Part shown: positions 35,257-46,267 of the stretch, piece by piece
Layout of the letters: each line of letters opens with the position of its first letter
How positions within the stretch are numbered: the stretch's first letter is position 1
DNA from: Schizochytrium sp. TIO01
Taxonomy: Eukaryota; Protista; Bigyra: Labyrinthulomycetes
Direction of reading: 5' to 3'
DNA length: 64,000 nucleotides
NCBI GenBank assembly: GCA_004764695.1
Contig: SMSO01000033.1
Coordinates: 1,116,001 to 1,180,000, forward strand
The notes under the pieces: model-generated
What the model was told of the DNA's origin: nothing
Databases searched by the model: none
What the model saw: the letters and a program-made list of their open reading frames with translations, nothing else
Position numbers and translations under genes: made by a program

Positions 35257-38200
35257 CTATTTGCCAGGTGTTTCAGCTGATCCAAGGCAAGCTTGGTGAA
35301 CCACCGATCGTAAATTTGGGTCCACAGCAAAGGGCTCAGTCAGAATCTTCTTAGCGCAAATACGGCATTGGGTATCTTGTGTAATAGAGAAATTGCGCTT
35401 TTGACGACGGGAAAGCTGATACAAAGTTTTGATGTTCTGTGCTACACAAAGATTCTTTTCCACGCGAAGCTGCGACAATTTCTGCACATTGGCTCGGAAA
35501 ATAACTGCCAAATAACCTTGCAAATCACTGAGCCGCATGTCTGCAGGGAGTTTAGAAGTCACAAGGCCAGGGTCAATGACGCTTCCGTATTTTTCAAGAA
35601 TAGACAGTGACTCTGCTCGATACTTACTGGCAAGTTCTGGCTCGAAATAAAGACACACAAGTTCTAAAAACGGATTGCTAGCCTTTCCTGGTTGCAAATG
35701 TTGGTTTGATGCTAACATCTTCGAGCCTGGGCTTGAGGTACTAGCACCTCGTATTGGACTCGGGGTTCGAGATATGGGTGATGATGATAAGGCGAAGTCT
35801 GCCATAGTCGCTGATTTCAGCCCCTGTTGACGCGGTTCTGGGACATTTAATGTGCTAGCTGCATTGTCTTGCTCCCGCTCCTGTTGTTGCTGTAACTGAA
35901 ACCAAAGCTGCTGGCGAGCATAATGTTTTACGCAGTATGCCTCAGCAGCCTTAGGGTCATCTAAGTCCTTAATTAAAACTGCCAACGCAGTATTGTGCCA
36001 GCCACACTTTGAGTATAATTCAACCCTTTCTGGAAGCATGGCATCGTTTAGGTCATTTTGTTGCTGTTCAAGTTGCCTCGCTATTAAATCAGCTTGAAAT
36101 GTCGTTCTGTGATGTGTTCCGGGCTCTTCCACGCGAAGAGTCAAAGTTTCTGGTCTATCGATGAAATCAAAAAAGTTTTCACGGTTTTCCTCGCGGAGAG
36201 ACGCTGGACATTTCTCAAGAACACGTATGAATTCCTGAGCTGTCTGCAGATCAAAAGCGCGAGCTGATGGGTCCATGGACTCATCTGCTGAAAGCTTTTG
36301 TAAATATGTGAGACAAAGTCTGCTCCGCGGTGATGTGTCATACTTACATAATTGATCAAGAACAGTTTCTGAATCAAGATTACCTTGACTATCTTGAGTT
36401 GGTTCTGTGAAAATTTGCACAGCAGACTCTGGATCGCGTTCAAGAACCCATGGCGCAAATGACCAAACAAGTTGAGGATCTTCGTGATGAGCACGAAGAA
36501 AATTGATGGTTTCAGCAACACCATCTATTCCTGATTCTGCATACTTTCCCTTGCCAATATCAGCCCAGATTTCAAGTGCTTCACGTCGATGAGATGGTGA
36601 GGACCCCAATAAAAGAGCGGCTGCATGATATTGTTCCTTATCCAGGAGCGCGTGTGCACAGGTATCCACCTCAAGTGAATTGGGAGAAGCGCAAAGTTTA
36701 TGTAAGGCCTGAACGTCGCCTTCACTGTGCGGAGGATCAACGAATAACCGAAACAAAGCAAAGTCTACAAACGCAGCAATTTCCGAGTCCGCAATACCTT
36801 TCGATCGCTGGGATTTTAAGTATTCCTTGAAAGTTGTTAGCAATTCATCCTTTGTATTTTCTGTGCGGTTTTCGACCCGGAGCAACATTGGGTACGCATG
36901 AATATCCTCATCGTCCAAATCATCTTGTGAGCTAGAAATGTCGAAATTAGTCCTTCGTAGACGCTTAGGATTATACTTTTCAACGTAGGGAGGTTGAAGA
37001 CCTGGAAATTGAGCAATCAGCTCTCGCAGGTCGAGCTTTGCAAAACCAAATTGTTGAAAAGCTTTTGCGAAACGGCCTCTCCGCAACATTGCAAGCGCTG
37101 CTTCAAGGTGGAAATGCGCAATGAGGTCACTGCGAGTAGAGTGGTCTGGAGAGTTAATAAGGTCGGGAAGGAGAGTGTCGTGGGTTGAAATTTGACGTGC
37201 AAGACGACGAAGTGTTGTCTGTGTATGTGCTCGACTTGATCCTTTATGTGCTTCCTCAATAGGGTTCAGCACTCGTTCAGAGTAAATCCGAAAAGCTCCA
37301 GATACATCATCCATATCAAAGAACTCTTCCATCCGCCGTCTTAACGAAACGGTCCCAAGGTTAAGAACTGCATTCGACGTAAGGAGAAATACTCCACCGC
37401 CCGCAGTGAGGTTTTCTAGGATTGGCTCGGAAGCATCAGTTTCAATATCTTGGCCAGCTGCAGATTGGGTTGCTTGGGCATTCCAAGGAGCAGGCGCGAC
37501 CAATGCAATTGCAGGAGTTTCAAGAACTGAAAATTCAGAAACAAGGCCCTGCGGGTCAGTTGAGTGTACCTGAATTTGGCGGCCATCATCGTGTAGAGAA
37601 ACTGCAAAATCTAAAGTACAGACAGTGCGTAGTGGTGGTGTTGACCAGACAATTGTACTACCACTGGGTTGTCCTGAAGAATCAATAACAATGCCTAATC
37701 CATCTACGATCATTAAAAAACGGCCTTGACTTAGGGCGCTGACATTGGACCCTCGGATGAGATGAGCATAATTAGGTGTCATTGATATTGTACCTGAGAA
37801 CCGCTTAGGTCTACCGGGAGTCCCAGGGCTTGCAGTGAGTATGTTCCCGCTAGAGGGCTCTGCCACTGAGGCCCCCAAATTCCCTACTCCGCCAGGAGAC
37901 GATGTCGCCATTCCACTTGAATTTGTTGCTGCTGCTGCTGCTGTTGCTGCGAAGCCAAATCCAGAGCGCCGCTTCCGTCGTCGATCGTTTGGAAACTCAT
38001 GAACTTTGAGCATTCGTCCAGAAGGGACATCAATTAACATTATTTGGTCCTCAAGAGCTACACAGATCTTGTGAAGAGACCAAGCTGCATCCAACGCAGG
38101 ACTTGGGATGTTAAGCACTTTCCACGGTTCATATTTCTCACCTGCCCATCGAAACAGGTGCGCTTTATGCGATGTAAAGACGCAAATACTAAAGTTTGGT

Positions 38201-38532
38201 ACTGCAGATTCATTCTGCACAAGGCCTAGTACCTCGCCGCGTACGCTTGGCTTAGCATTCGGACGCTGACACAGACGCTGTGCATCGATGCTTTCAACTA
38301 TACCATTGGAGAGTGCTAATAAAAGACCGATTTCGCCGAGAGCCAGCAATTGTACAATAGGTTTTCCGCCTGGAATTGTGTAACTCTGCTGTTGGCCATT
38401 GAAAATAAGGCAGACGCGGCCGTCATCTGTACCTATGTATATTTGATCGTAAAAGCTAGCGAGACACCTGGCTTCCGGCGGTACACCGCCATCTTGAGGT
38501 CCGAGACCTCGTGCTGCGGTAGTGCTTAGCAT
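35257..38532 (-). CDS. Vps39/Vam6/TGFBRAP1-like HOPS/CORVET subunit (CNH-like N-terminus, clathrin-repeat-like region, C-terminal Vps39_2 Zn-finger-like region)
   Basis: 1091 aa with IYIGTDDG...KPIVQLLAL...LLLALSNG, LDLRELIAQFP, HRREALEIW, LVWSFAPWVLERDPESAVQIFT, HNTALAVLIKDLDDPKAAEAYC and the C-terminal ITQDTQCRICAKKI...VVHQAC. Confidence 0.88.
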   Translation of the reverse strand: MLSTTAARGLGPQDGGVPPEARCLASFYDQIYIGTDDGRVCLIFNGQQQSYTIPGGKPIVQLLALGEIGLLLALSNGIVESIDAQRLCQRPNAKPSVRGEVLGLVQNESAVPNFSICVFTSHKAHLFRWAGEKYEPWKVLNIPSPALDAAWSLHKICVALEDQIMLIDVPSGRMLKVHEFPNDRRRKRRSGFGFAATAAAAATNSSGMATSSPGGVGNLGASVAEPSSGNILTASPGTPGRPKRFSGTISMTPNYAHLIRGSNVSALSQGRFLMIVDGLGIVIDSSGQPSGSTIVWSTPPLRTVCTLDFAVSLHDDGRQIQVHSTDPQGLVSEFSVLETPAIALVAPAPWNAQATQSAAGQDIETDASEPILENLTAGGGVFLLTSNAVLNLGTVSLRRRMEEFFDMDDVSGAFRIYSERVLNPIEEAHKGSSRAHTQTTLRRLARQISTHDTLLPDLINSPDHSTRSDLIAHFHLEAALAMLRRGRFAKAFQQFGFAKLDLRELIAQFPGLQPPYVEKYNPKRLRRTNFDISSSQDDLDDEDIHAYPMLLRVENRTENTKDELLTTFKEYLKSQRSKGIADSEIAAFVDFALFRLFVDPPHSEGDVQALHKLCASPNSLEVDTCAHALLDKEQYHAAALLLGSSPSHRREALEIWADIGKGKYAESGIDGVAETINFLRAHHEDPQLVWSFAPWVLERDPESAVQIFTEPTQDSQGNLDSETVLDQLCKYDTSPRSRLCLTYLQKLSADESMDPSARAFDLQTAQEFIRVLEKCPASLREENRENFFDFIDRPETLTLRVEEPGTHHRTTFQADLIARQLEQQQNDLNDAMLPERVELYSKCGWHNTALAVLIKDLDDPKAAEAYCVKHYARQQLWFQLQQQQEREQDNAASTLNVPEPRQQGLKSATMADFALSSSPISRTPSPIRGASTSSPGSKMLASNQHLQPGKASNPFLELVCLYFEPELASKYRAESLSILEKYGSVIDPGLVTSKLPADMRLSDLQGYLAVIFRANVQKLSQLRVEKNLCVAQNIKTLYQLSRRQKRNFSITQDTQCRICAKKILTEPFAVDPNLRSVVHQACLGSAETPGK

Positions 38533-39395
38533 TTCTTTAGAAGTCGGCTTTCATGCAGTAGAGCTTTGTGGCTTTTTCTCTTCACAGAGCTCGCAATCTG
38601 GGCTTTGAAACGTAGTAGATAGAAGGAGCGAAGCTAGCAAGCTATTGATGATGAGCTGAGCTGACTTGTATCCTTGTTGCTCAAACGTAGACTATGCAGA
38701 AAACAAGATTTTCTGGGTCTCGACAAAGATCCTCGACAGTTATCCTTGTATGCTCGTTGTGCCAGTCTCTAGCATTCGTCTGCAGGATGGAATCACAGGC
38801 GAGAAGTTGTTTGATGAGCAAAGATACCGACTAGGTATGAGCTTTCATGCTATTAGGCCTCATTAGTAATTTATCATAAGGGATTCATTATATAATCTAC
38901 TAGTACTTAGCTATAAACTATCCTGGTACGCTCCAAGATGGATAGAGATAACAAGTCACAGTGACAGTCGAAACAGGTGACTGACATGCCTTTCCTTGGA
39001 GACTGACCAATGAGTACCAACGCAGCAATTATCTATTGCAAGGTATGCTGCTTGTAGTGTCTTGTTGATCTTCATTCTGTAAAATGAAGGGTACTTTTAA
39101 CGAATATGCGCAAAATTTCCATATTCAAACCAAAAGGCGATAAAAGCTCAGATTGAAAAAAACCAATCTCTGCGAATGCTGTCTATTCAGTCACATATGC
39201 AGGGTGGGTTTAAAATCATTTAGTGGGAACCCGTGATAGTGTGGAAAGGAGGTTGCTAAAGATTTATCAAATTTTTAGACCTTGAAGTCATGGGATCAAA
39301 ACACGAAATGGAGATACCTGCGCATCACTATGCTAGATAAATAGATTGGGAAACACCTTGCGAAATATCGAAAGAGCTTGTGCTTGTTAAAGCAA

Positions 39396-39439
39396 AAACT
39401 GACTTCGCACTAAGAAACTGACTTCGCATCAAGAAACTG
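39396..39439. repeat. Short tandem duplication, 19-bp unit AAACTGACTTCGCA(CT/TC)AAG x2.3
   Basis: Seen directly. Confidence 0.75.
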
Positions 39440-41414
39440 TCTAAGTAACCAGTCATATTCCTCCAGAGCATGTTGGCGTCTCCAAACACCTTGCTGGTGA
39501 TTACCTATTACTGTTAAGATTGAGAATATGGCAGTCGCCAATAAGTAAAGATACCTCATTCACGATGAATTCAAAATATAAAGTTAAATTGTGGCATCGA
39601 CCTTGAAGAGCTAAACTTATGTCTTTCAGAAGACATGCACTTAATATCAAGAGTGACAACTCTGTCTGCCATTTTTATTCTTTCGAAGGTCTTGGTTGAT
39701 CTTCTGCAAAATATTCATATATCATTTTTTCAACTAGAATCGATGCTGACTTTACACATAACCTAGCATCTTGTTAAAATTAAACATTGAGATAATTGGC
39801 AGCACCAGAGTGCAGGGACTTATAAAAACTTTGACACAGATTACTTAACTGTTGCAGTACTTCATAATCTAGAAACTATGCCATCCTTTATAGAAATGGT
39901 TAAACTTAAGTTAAAAGAAATACTAAATAACCGTTTTCTACTTGAATGCATTTCACTACTTGTGACACTACCAATTGAATGACGAAGCAGCACATATCCC
40001 TCCTTATTCAAAGAATAGGAGGTCTGGCAATATTGATGTACTTTAAACTTGAATACAGGACCATGTTTTAGCATTAATTTACCAGGTGCATGATAATTTC
40101 TAAATCCCTGAGTATACATTGCGCTGTTAAATATCCTCTTAGCTTTTCAATTGGACTACAGTACAAGATTTGTTGTATGGTACCAGAATCCCGAATGGTT
40201 TTCTGCCCTGACATAGTAGGATGGCTTTAATCATATCGTATCTCGCTTGACAAGTCTAGTTTTTTTGCTGTTGTTTTGAGAATCGGTCAAGTGTATATGT
40301 GCCCATGAGGTCAGGTGAGGGTCAGTAAGCAGTGCGTCGCGTCATTGATCAAAGTCGCGCATGGTGGTTGCCATCAAATGGTACAATGCACACGTATTTG
40401 CTGCGAAACATGCCTACTCTCACAAGTCAAGCTACTTTATGAAAGTTTATCCTTGTTTATTTCAAGTTCGTTGGCCGACGATAAGGGGCCTTCGTCGATT
40501 CCAACGCATTACACTGTTCCAAAGACGAGTGTTCTCGGTGTTCAAGCCAGTAAAACGAACAGGCGAAGTTTCCCAGACTAAGCACCTCTACCTAGCTAGA
40601 GTTCAACCTAAAGTCACATCGTAGGCACAGATTAAATAAACCCCATTTACAATTTTATTTGTGTTTTTCTTTCCTTTTATGCCTATTTTTTTCTGGTTAC
40701 AGACGAAACTTGCAGCAGCAGAAGAAGATTATGATCGCTTGAGCAGAGTGCCGCCTTTTAAAAGCAGACTCTCACGAAGTCCTTTGAGGCTTCAGAAAGA
40801 CACAGTGCATACAGTCAATTTCGGAAAAAGATTGTGCCATGAACTCCTCTGTTCCTACCTAACACTACCTAGGTTGTTCAAGCCCGAGTCTGAGCAGCAC
40901 CCGACAAGAATACCTACTGTATAATAGTTTGTTGAGGTTCAAGAGGGACAAAGTTCGAGGATTCGGCACTCTCACTACTCATAGGTAATACGTTGAGTTC
41001 GCTTAGCTTGGGTAAAAAGCATCGTCATTACTGATGATTCGGGGTATAGGCGGAATTGGCAGTATCAGCAGAATTGAATCTAGTGCACCGGATCCATCGT
41101 AGCGAAGAAGATTCTTTTTAGGAGTGCATCTTCAAAGCCTGGCTGAGTAATAGAAGAACTATTCCTCTGCAGATAGATGTCTATCAATTCGCTCTGGAGC
41201 ATCGAATCTTGAAGTCTGCTGGAGCTTTTCTGACTAGGGTTGCGATCTTTCGTGCCAACCAGGAATCTTTGTCTTAGTTCACCTGCTATGCTTCGCCTCT
41301 GAGTTGATTGCCTCGTCCAGGCCTGCGAGATACTGAGATGCAATTGATGAACCCATCATTGAAGTCGGCGTGTGGTAGTACACTAGGTGTAGCTCATTCC
41401 CTGCGTAGATTTCA

Positions 41415-41415
<1 letters not shown>

Positions 41416-41450
<35 letters not shown>
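41416..41450. repeat. (GAC)n microsatellite
   Basis: About 11 GAC units with one interruption. Confidence 0.85.
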
Positions 41451-43401
41451 GGCTCATGGTTCGTAATCAACAGCCGATCTTAAAGTATGAATCTTGCACA
41501 AGGTTATGTTCCCCCCGCGGCCCTGGATTAGAGGCGAGTCTCTGGAGATGGTGGAGAAATCTTATTGTGCTGTTCTCTGAGTAATGCATAGGTAGTATGT
41601 GTTCTTTATCCTATAGAGCCTGTTATTGGTCTACGTGTTTAATACCTGGAAAATCTAAATGGTCCACAGATACAGTCCGTTGTTTGCGTACGAATCTCTT
41701 CAGCAAGGGACTCTCCAGGATCTGCGAAGGTCTGGTTGAAGATCGAGATCACTTTCTTGCCTTGGGCGTACCAGCTTCCTAAGTAGAAGTCTATTGTTTC
41801 TTTCTTCGGAGACAGCAACGGCCACGGTCCATGTCTACGATGGTCATAATCGCTGAATCGCCTAGGTAGGTTGTATTTTCAATGCGAATAAAACGTTATA
41901 ACAAAAACATATCTTCAAAGGTAAAAAAATAGCTATCAAAAAAATGAAAATTAGCATCAAAGACCCATCATCATATGTATGCATATACACATATAAATAT
42001 ATATAGTTATTTTTTTATTTTTTTTGTAAGGTTTCAAAGGTTATAAGTTGAAGTTAAAATTAGACAGTGGGACTTCGATCCCCAGTGCCCCAGCGGTTGC
42101 CTGTTTTTTCCCTTAAGGCTCCACCATGAAAGTTTCTTGAAAGCTCTGGCAAGCGCGTCTTCCGTTGCTCCGGCCGACCTAAACTCATTCTCTAAAGTGG
42201 GAAACGAAACTCATCAACATAAAGTATCGAGTAACCAGGTACCTTTTACATTCGATGTCCGAACCTTGTTGTAGGTAGTAGACAATTACAGCTTGGGGTC
42301 ATGTTATCCGCATATCATGCGAGAAGAAGTCCCTCTCATTGTTCTTCACTACGCCTCCTTTGGGTCCAAAGCCAAGATCATACATCTCCTGACCACTTCA
42401 TCGACTTCATGTCCAGTTCCCAGTTCAACTTACAATGCTCATCGCGATCATCATGAAGCGGGCCTGCCCTGCTCCGGGTTACGTGCCTCGGGACTCTGTC
42501 TGAGTCTTCGCATCGATCGCTTTCGGAGATGGATAGATGTTGCCTATGAAGTTTCGCTGGCAAGCTCAAGCCTACTTGCTACCGCTCGAAGTTACCTGCT
42601 TCTGCACTCGGTCATCCAACCCCCGCCTGGCTCTAGAGGTGACGGCCCGAAACCTCCTTCGCCTCGTTTCTCGCCCCACAAGCCCAACCAGAGCTTAGGG
42701 CCGAGCGACGACGACGTCCTCGATACTCCATCGAGCTTGGACCCGCTCATGATTGGGCGCGTTCACAAGCGCGCTCTCTCATTGGGGTACTAGCTAGTTA
42801 TAGAAGGCAGAACTGAGAGTCATCCCATTTACTTCACAGTCGCGCACATCAAAGAACTCCAAAGTCTGAGTCAGACGGAGCCAACGTTTCAGCAGTCTCT
42901 CACTCACTCACTCACTCACTCCCTCACTCAGCCAGATCAATCAATCCATCAATCCATCAATCAATCAGTCAGTCAATCAATGTCATGGCTTGTCACCATC
43001 CTCCAAGAGCTTCGAGGTTTCCCTAGTTCCTGCACAGGCAGAAACAGCCTAAAAATCTCTCGTTTTCGACGAATCTCTCTCTTTTACCTCCCTACATAAT
43101 CATGACAGACAGATTCATGACAGATTAACTATGATGTAATATAATATGATATAATATAATATAAAAGTACCTGCCATGTATGTATGTATGTATCTATACT
43201 TCTGACTGTTCTCACAATTGATCGGTCGATCGCGCGATTCTAAAAACATTTGTTTTTAAAAGGTAGTGCCTTAGCTCCTCCTAACCAGGTACCTAGCTAG
43301 GCAGGCAGGGATTGCACCACAGGCAGCGGATTCCCCCCGGTCCGCTATTATCGAATGCGCGACATCGTTACTCCTTCCTCTCCACACACTTTGGAGGCGA
43401 G

Positions 43402-43477
43402 AATGAAGAAAGAAAGAAAGAAAGAAAGAAATGAATGAATGAAGAAATGAAGAAATGAAGAAATGAAGAAATGAAGA
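43402..43477. repeat. Compound (GAAA)n/(GAAT)n/(GAAATGAA)n low-complexity repeat
   Basis: Seen directly. Confidence 0.8.
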
Positions 43478-44423
43478 GGGACGAAGCACTGACTGCATCC
43501 CCTTGAGCAGCACTCGGTCAAGACTATCATGACTTCAAGGGCCAACTTGGGAATGAGCTCGAGCTTTTTTGGGCATGTCTTTGGGGCTTTCTCATAGCGT
43601 TTCAGGCGCATGACTTACCTTCATAAGCTGCTGGGAGTCGAATCGAACGAAACCAACTAACTGCCTTTGCTGCGAGTTCCACATCTCCTTCTAATTCATA
43701 GGACTCGAATATTAGTGAATAGGTACTTCTTCTCCGGTGAAGTTCTCGTCTATTCGAAAGTGAGACCTCATTACGTCATACATTGTGGCAACAGGTTGAA
43801 GACATATAGATAAATATATGTCCTCTAGGCCTGCATACTTACACATGATACACAAGCTCCTACTACTCCTTCCATCCGTTTCTAACCAGAAACTTGTCTC
43901 CGTACATTGCTGCTCAGCTCCTCGCAACCCTCTTTGGGGACTTGCTTGCTTCGGCAGGCTTCAATTGGGTCCAAGACTTCATCCTTTTTTTCTCAGTAAA
44001 GGTGGCGATTTTCGAGGACAGTTGTGCAGATGAAAAGCAGGTGTGTGATGAAAGGAAAATGAAGCAACCCGACATATGATGGACTGACTGCCTGCCTCAA
44101 TCTGATTCTTTTGCTGCCCTCGAACTCTCAGTGATCTGGTCACCTTCTATATCGCTCGCCATGGATGCAGGCAGGTGAGTTTGATTTGGTCGAAGACTGT
44201 ACAATGATTGAACTCCGCAATACTCGCCGCGAAGTCTCGATTGAAAAGCGACGGCTTCGAAGTTTAAGAAGCAGATCGATAGACACGAAGAGCACACAAA
44301 GAAATGTTGAGCCTTTTAAAATGTCAAGATTATCGTGTCAGGCTTCAGCTGGAATCTTCAGCTCAGCTGATCTTTAAAAAGAGACTTCGCGACTTAGCTC
44401 AATCGTAGAAAACAAAAGCAGGC

Positions 44424-44529
44424 CACAGTCAAAGTCGAAGTCAAAGTCAAAATCAAAGTCAAAGTCAAAGCCAAAGCCAAAGCCAAAGTCAAAGTCAACG
44501 TCAGAGTTAAAGTCAAAGTCAAATCAAAG
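44424..44529. repeat. Degenerate hexamer array (AAAGTC/AAAGCC)n
   Basis: About 17 imperfect AAAGTC-type units. Confidence 0.85.
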
Positions 44530-45763
44530 ACATTAAATGAAACGCGCACTTTTCGAGCTAACTAAGCCTATCTGCAGTATTATCTAAAGAAAGGAGACGG
44601 CTGCGACGGCGCCCCTTGTTCGCGCAAGCATCCCAACTCAAGGATATCCTGGGCTTCGTACCGCCACCGCGTGCCGCAAAGGCCCCGATTATAGTACCCA
44701 TCCTCAATTAAGTACCTTCGAAGGCTGGTATTTGGGACCTCCAGCAAAAAAGAGTGGCAGAAAGAAAGAGGAGAAAAGAGAAGAAAAGAAAGAGCACACC
44801 GCGTGCCGTGTGCATGCGAACCTGTGCCGAGGCCCTTTGTTCTGTGCAATAAGCTCGCCACTCGCTCAAGAAGATGGGTGCAGAAGACGAAACGCAACAC
44901 AACGCAACGCGACGGAGGCCATAGCATAGTACGCTCAGGCCCCGAGCTCTGCTCTTTTCTGCTCGGATGCCACGACGGTTGGCTCCGCTCAGGCACGTGA
45001 GGCGGAGTAATGCTTATGAAGGAGAGGAGATGTAGCACAGAGGTTAAAGCAACAAAATAAATTGAAAATTAATAGAAAGAAATCAAAGAAAACGAAGTAA
45101 AATACCCAGGTCCGGTAGGAGACCCTAGCAGCTAGCTAGCTGGCGAGAGAAAGTAATCAAAGAGAATTGGAAACTTGAACTGCATTGAAAGCTTTGAAGA
45201 GCGGGAAGGAAATAAGCAATGGAAAGAAAGGCCAGCGTGTCCCTCCTTCTTGAAGTTCTTGCCGGTATTCTGGTCTCTTGAGCAGGTCGCCAGATGGAGA
45301 ATGGGCTCAGAGAACTTATTGGCACCATCGAAAAGATTCAGGAGGCGGCTTGCTTGCAAACTCACCTTCCGAGGCTCCGTCGTATCTAGCGAGCTCGCCA
45401 GAATCTTCAAGATTCGCAGCTTTTATCGCATCTTCTTCTTCTTCTTCTTCTTCTTCGGCTCTCGCTCTTCATATATAATAAGTCTGGTAGGTAACGCGTA
45501 GGTAACTCCTAACATGGTACCTTAGACCTTTCAAGGGCCTCGGCCCATGTCCAGACTTGTATTATTTTGTCTTTTACAATTATGAAGTTACCCGTATGTG
45601 GGCATAAGTGATTGGTATGGGAGGCGGCACGGGGATAAGGGACAGCGTGTGTCCAAGTTAAAAGAAATTGGAGGGAAGAAAGAAAAGAGAAATGGGTAGC
45701 AGTTAGTAATAGTTGCATAGGGATAGAGGTGATGATGATATTATGAACGTCATAGCCCTGGCT

Positions 45764-45794
45764 ATTTTTCGGGACGTATTACGTCCCGAAAAAT
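45764..45794. repeat. Left subterminal palindrome ATTTTTCGGGACGTA-T-TACGTCCCGAAAAAT
   Basis: Perfect 15-bp arms around a 1-nt centre. A degenerate second copy lies at about 45824-45852. Confidence 0.95.
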
Positions 45795-46267
45795 CGGATA
45801 AACTTTAATTTTCCCGGTAGAGTATTTAAGGACTTATTACGTCCCGAAAAATATGTACCTACTTGAGTCATTGATCAATTCAACAGTCTAGCTCTGTTCG
45901 GGATGAAACTCGTTTAGTTTACCCTCCCCGACCTCACCTGTCCATATGTTATCATGTTCTCATGATTCTCCGATTGATAGTTGAGTTTAGGACCAAACAA
46001 TGACATTCTCAGTGGCGGTTAGGTGGTGGTTAGGTTAACAGGTATTTGACACATGGTCGTTAGGTTCTCCCACGGTACCTGTTCTACCAGACAATTAATA
46101 CTGATAAACATCAATAATATCTTGCGCCAGCATGTAGTGCCAGCAGTACCAACAAAAGTACATCATACCTTACTTCATCGTCCACTTGCTAGTCTACTTG
46201 GGATCTATCAGCACTTCCCTCAGCGAAGAGGTCCATTGGCGCTTGAGTTTAACGTCAGCTGTGTGTC

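Noticed and set aside
42066-42100. tRNA-like TTCGATCCC T-loop sequence
   Set aside because: No acceptor, D or anticodon stems could be formed around it.
45764-45852. CRISPR-like array (palindromic repeats separated by a roughly 30-bp spacer)
   Set aside because: Only two local copies, one degenerate, with no cas genes and a eukaryotic context. Better explained as transposon subterminal repeats.
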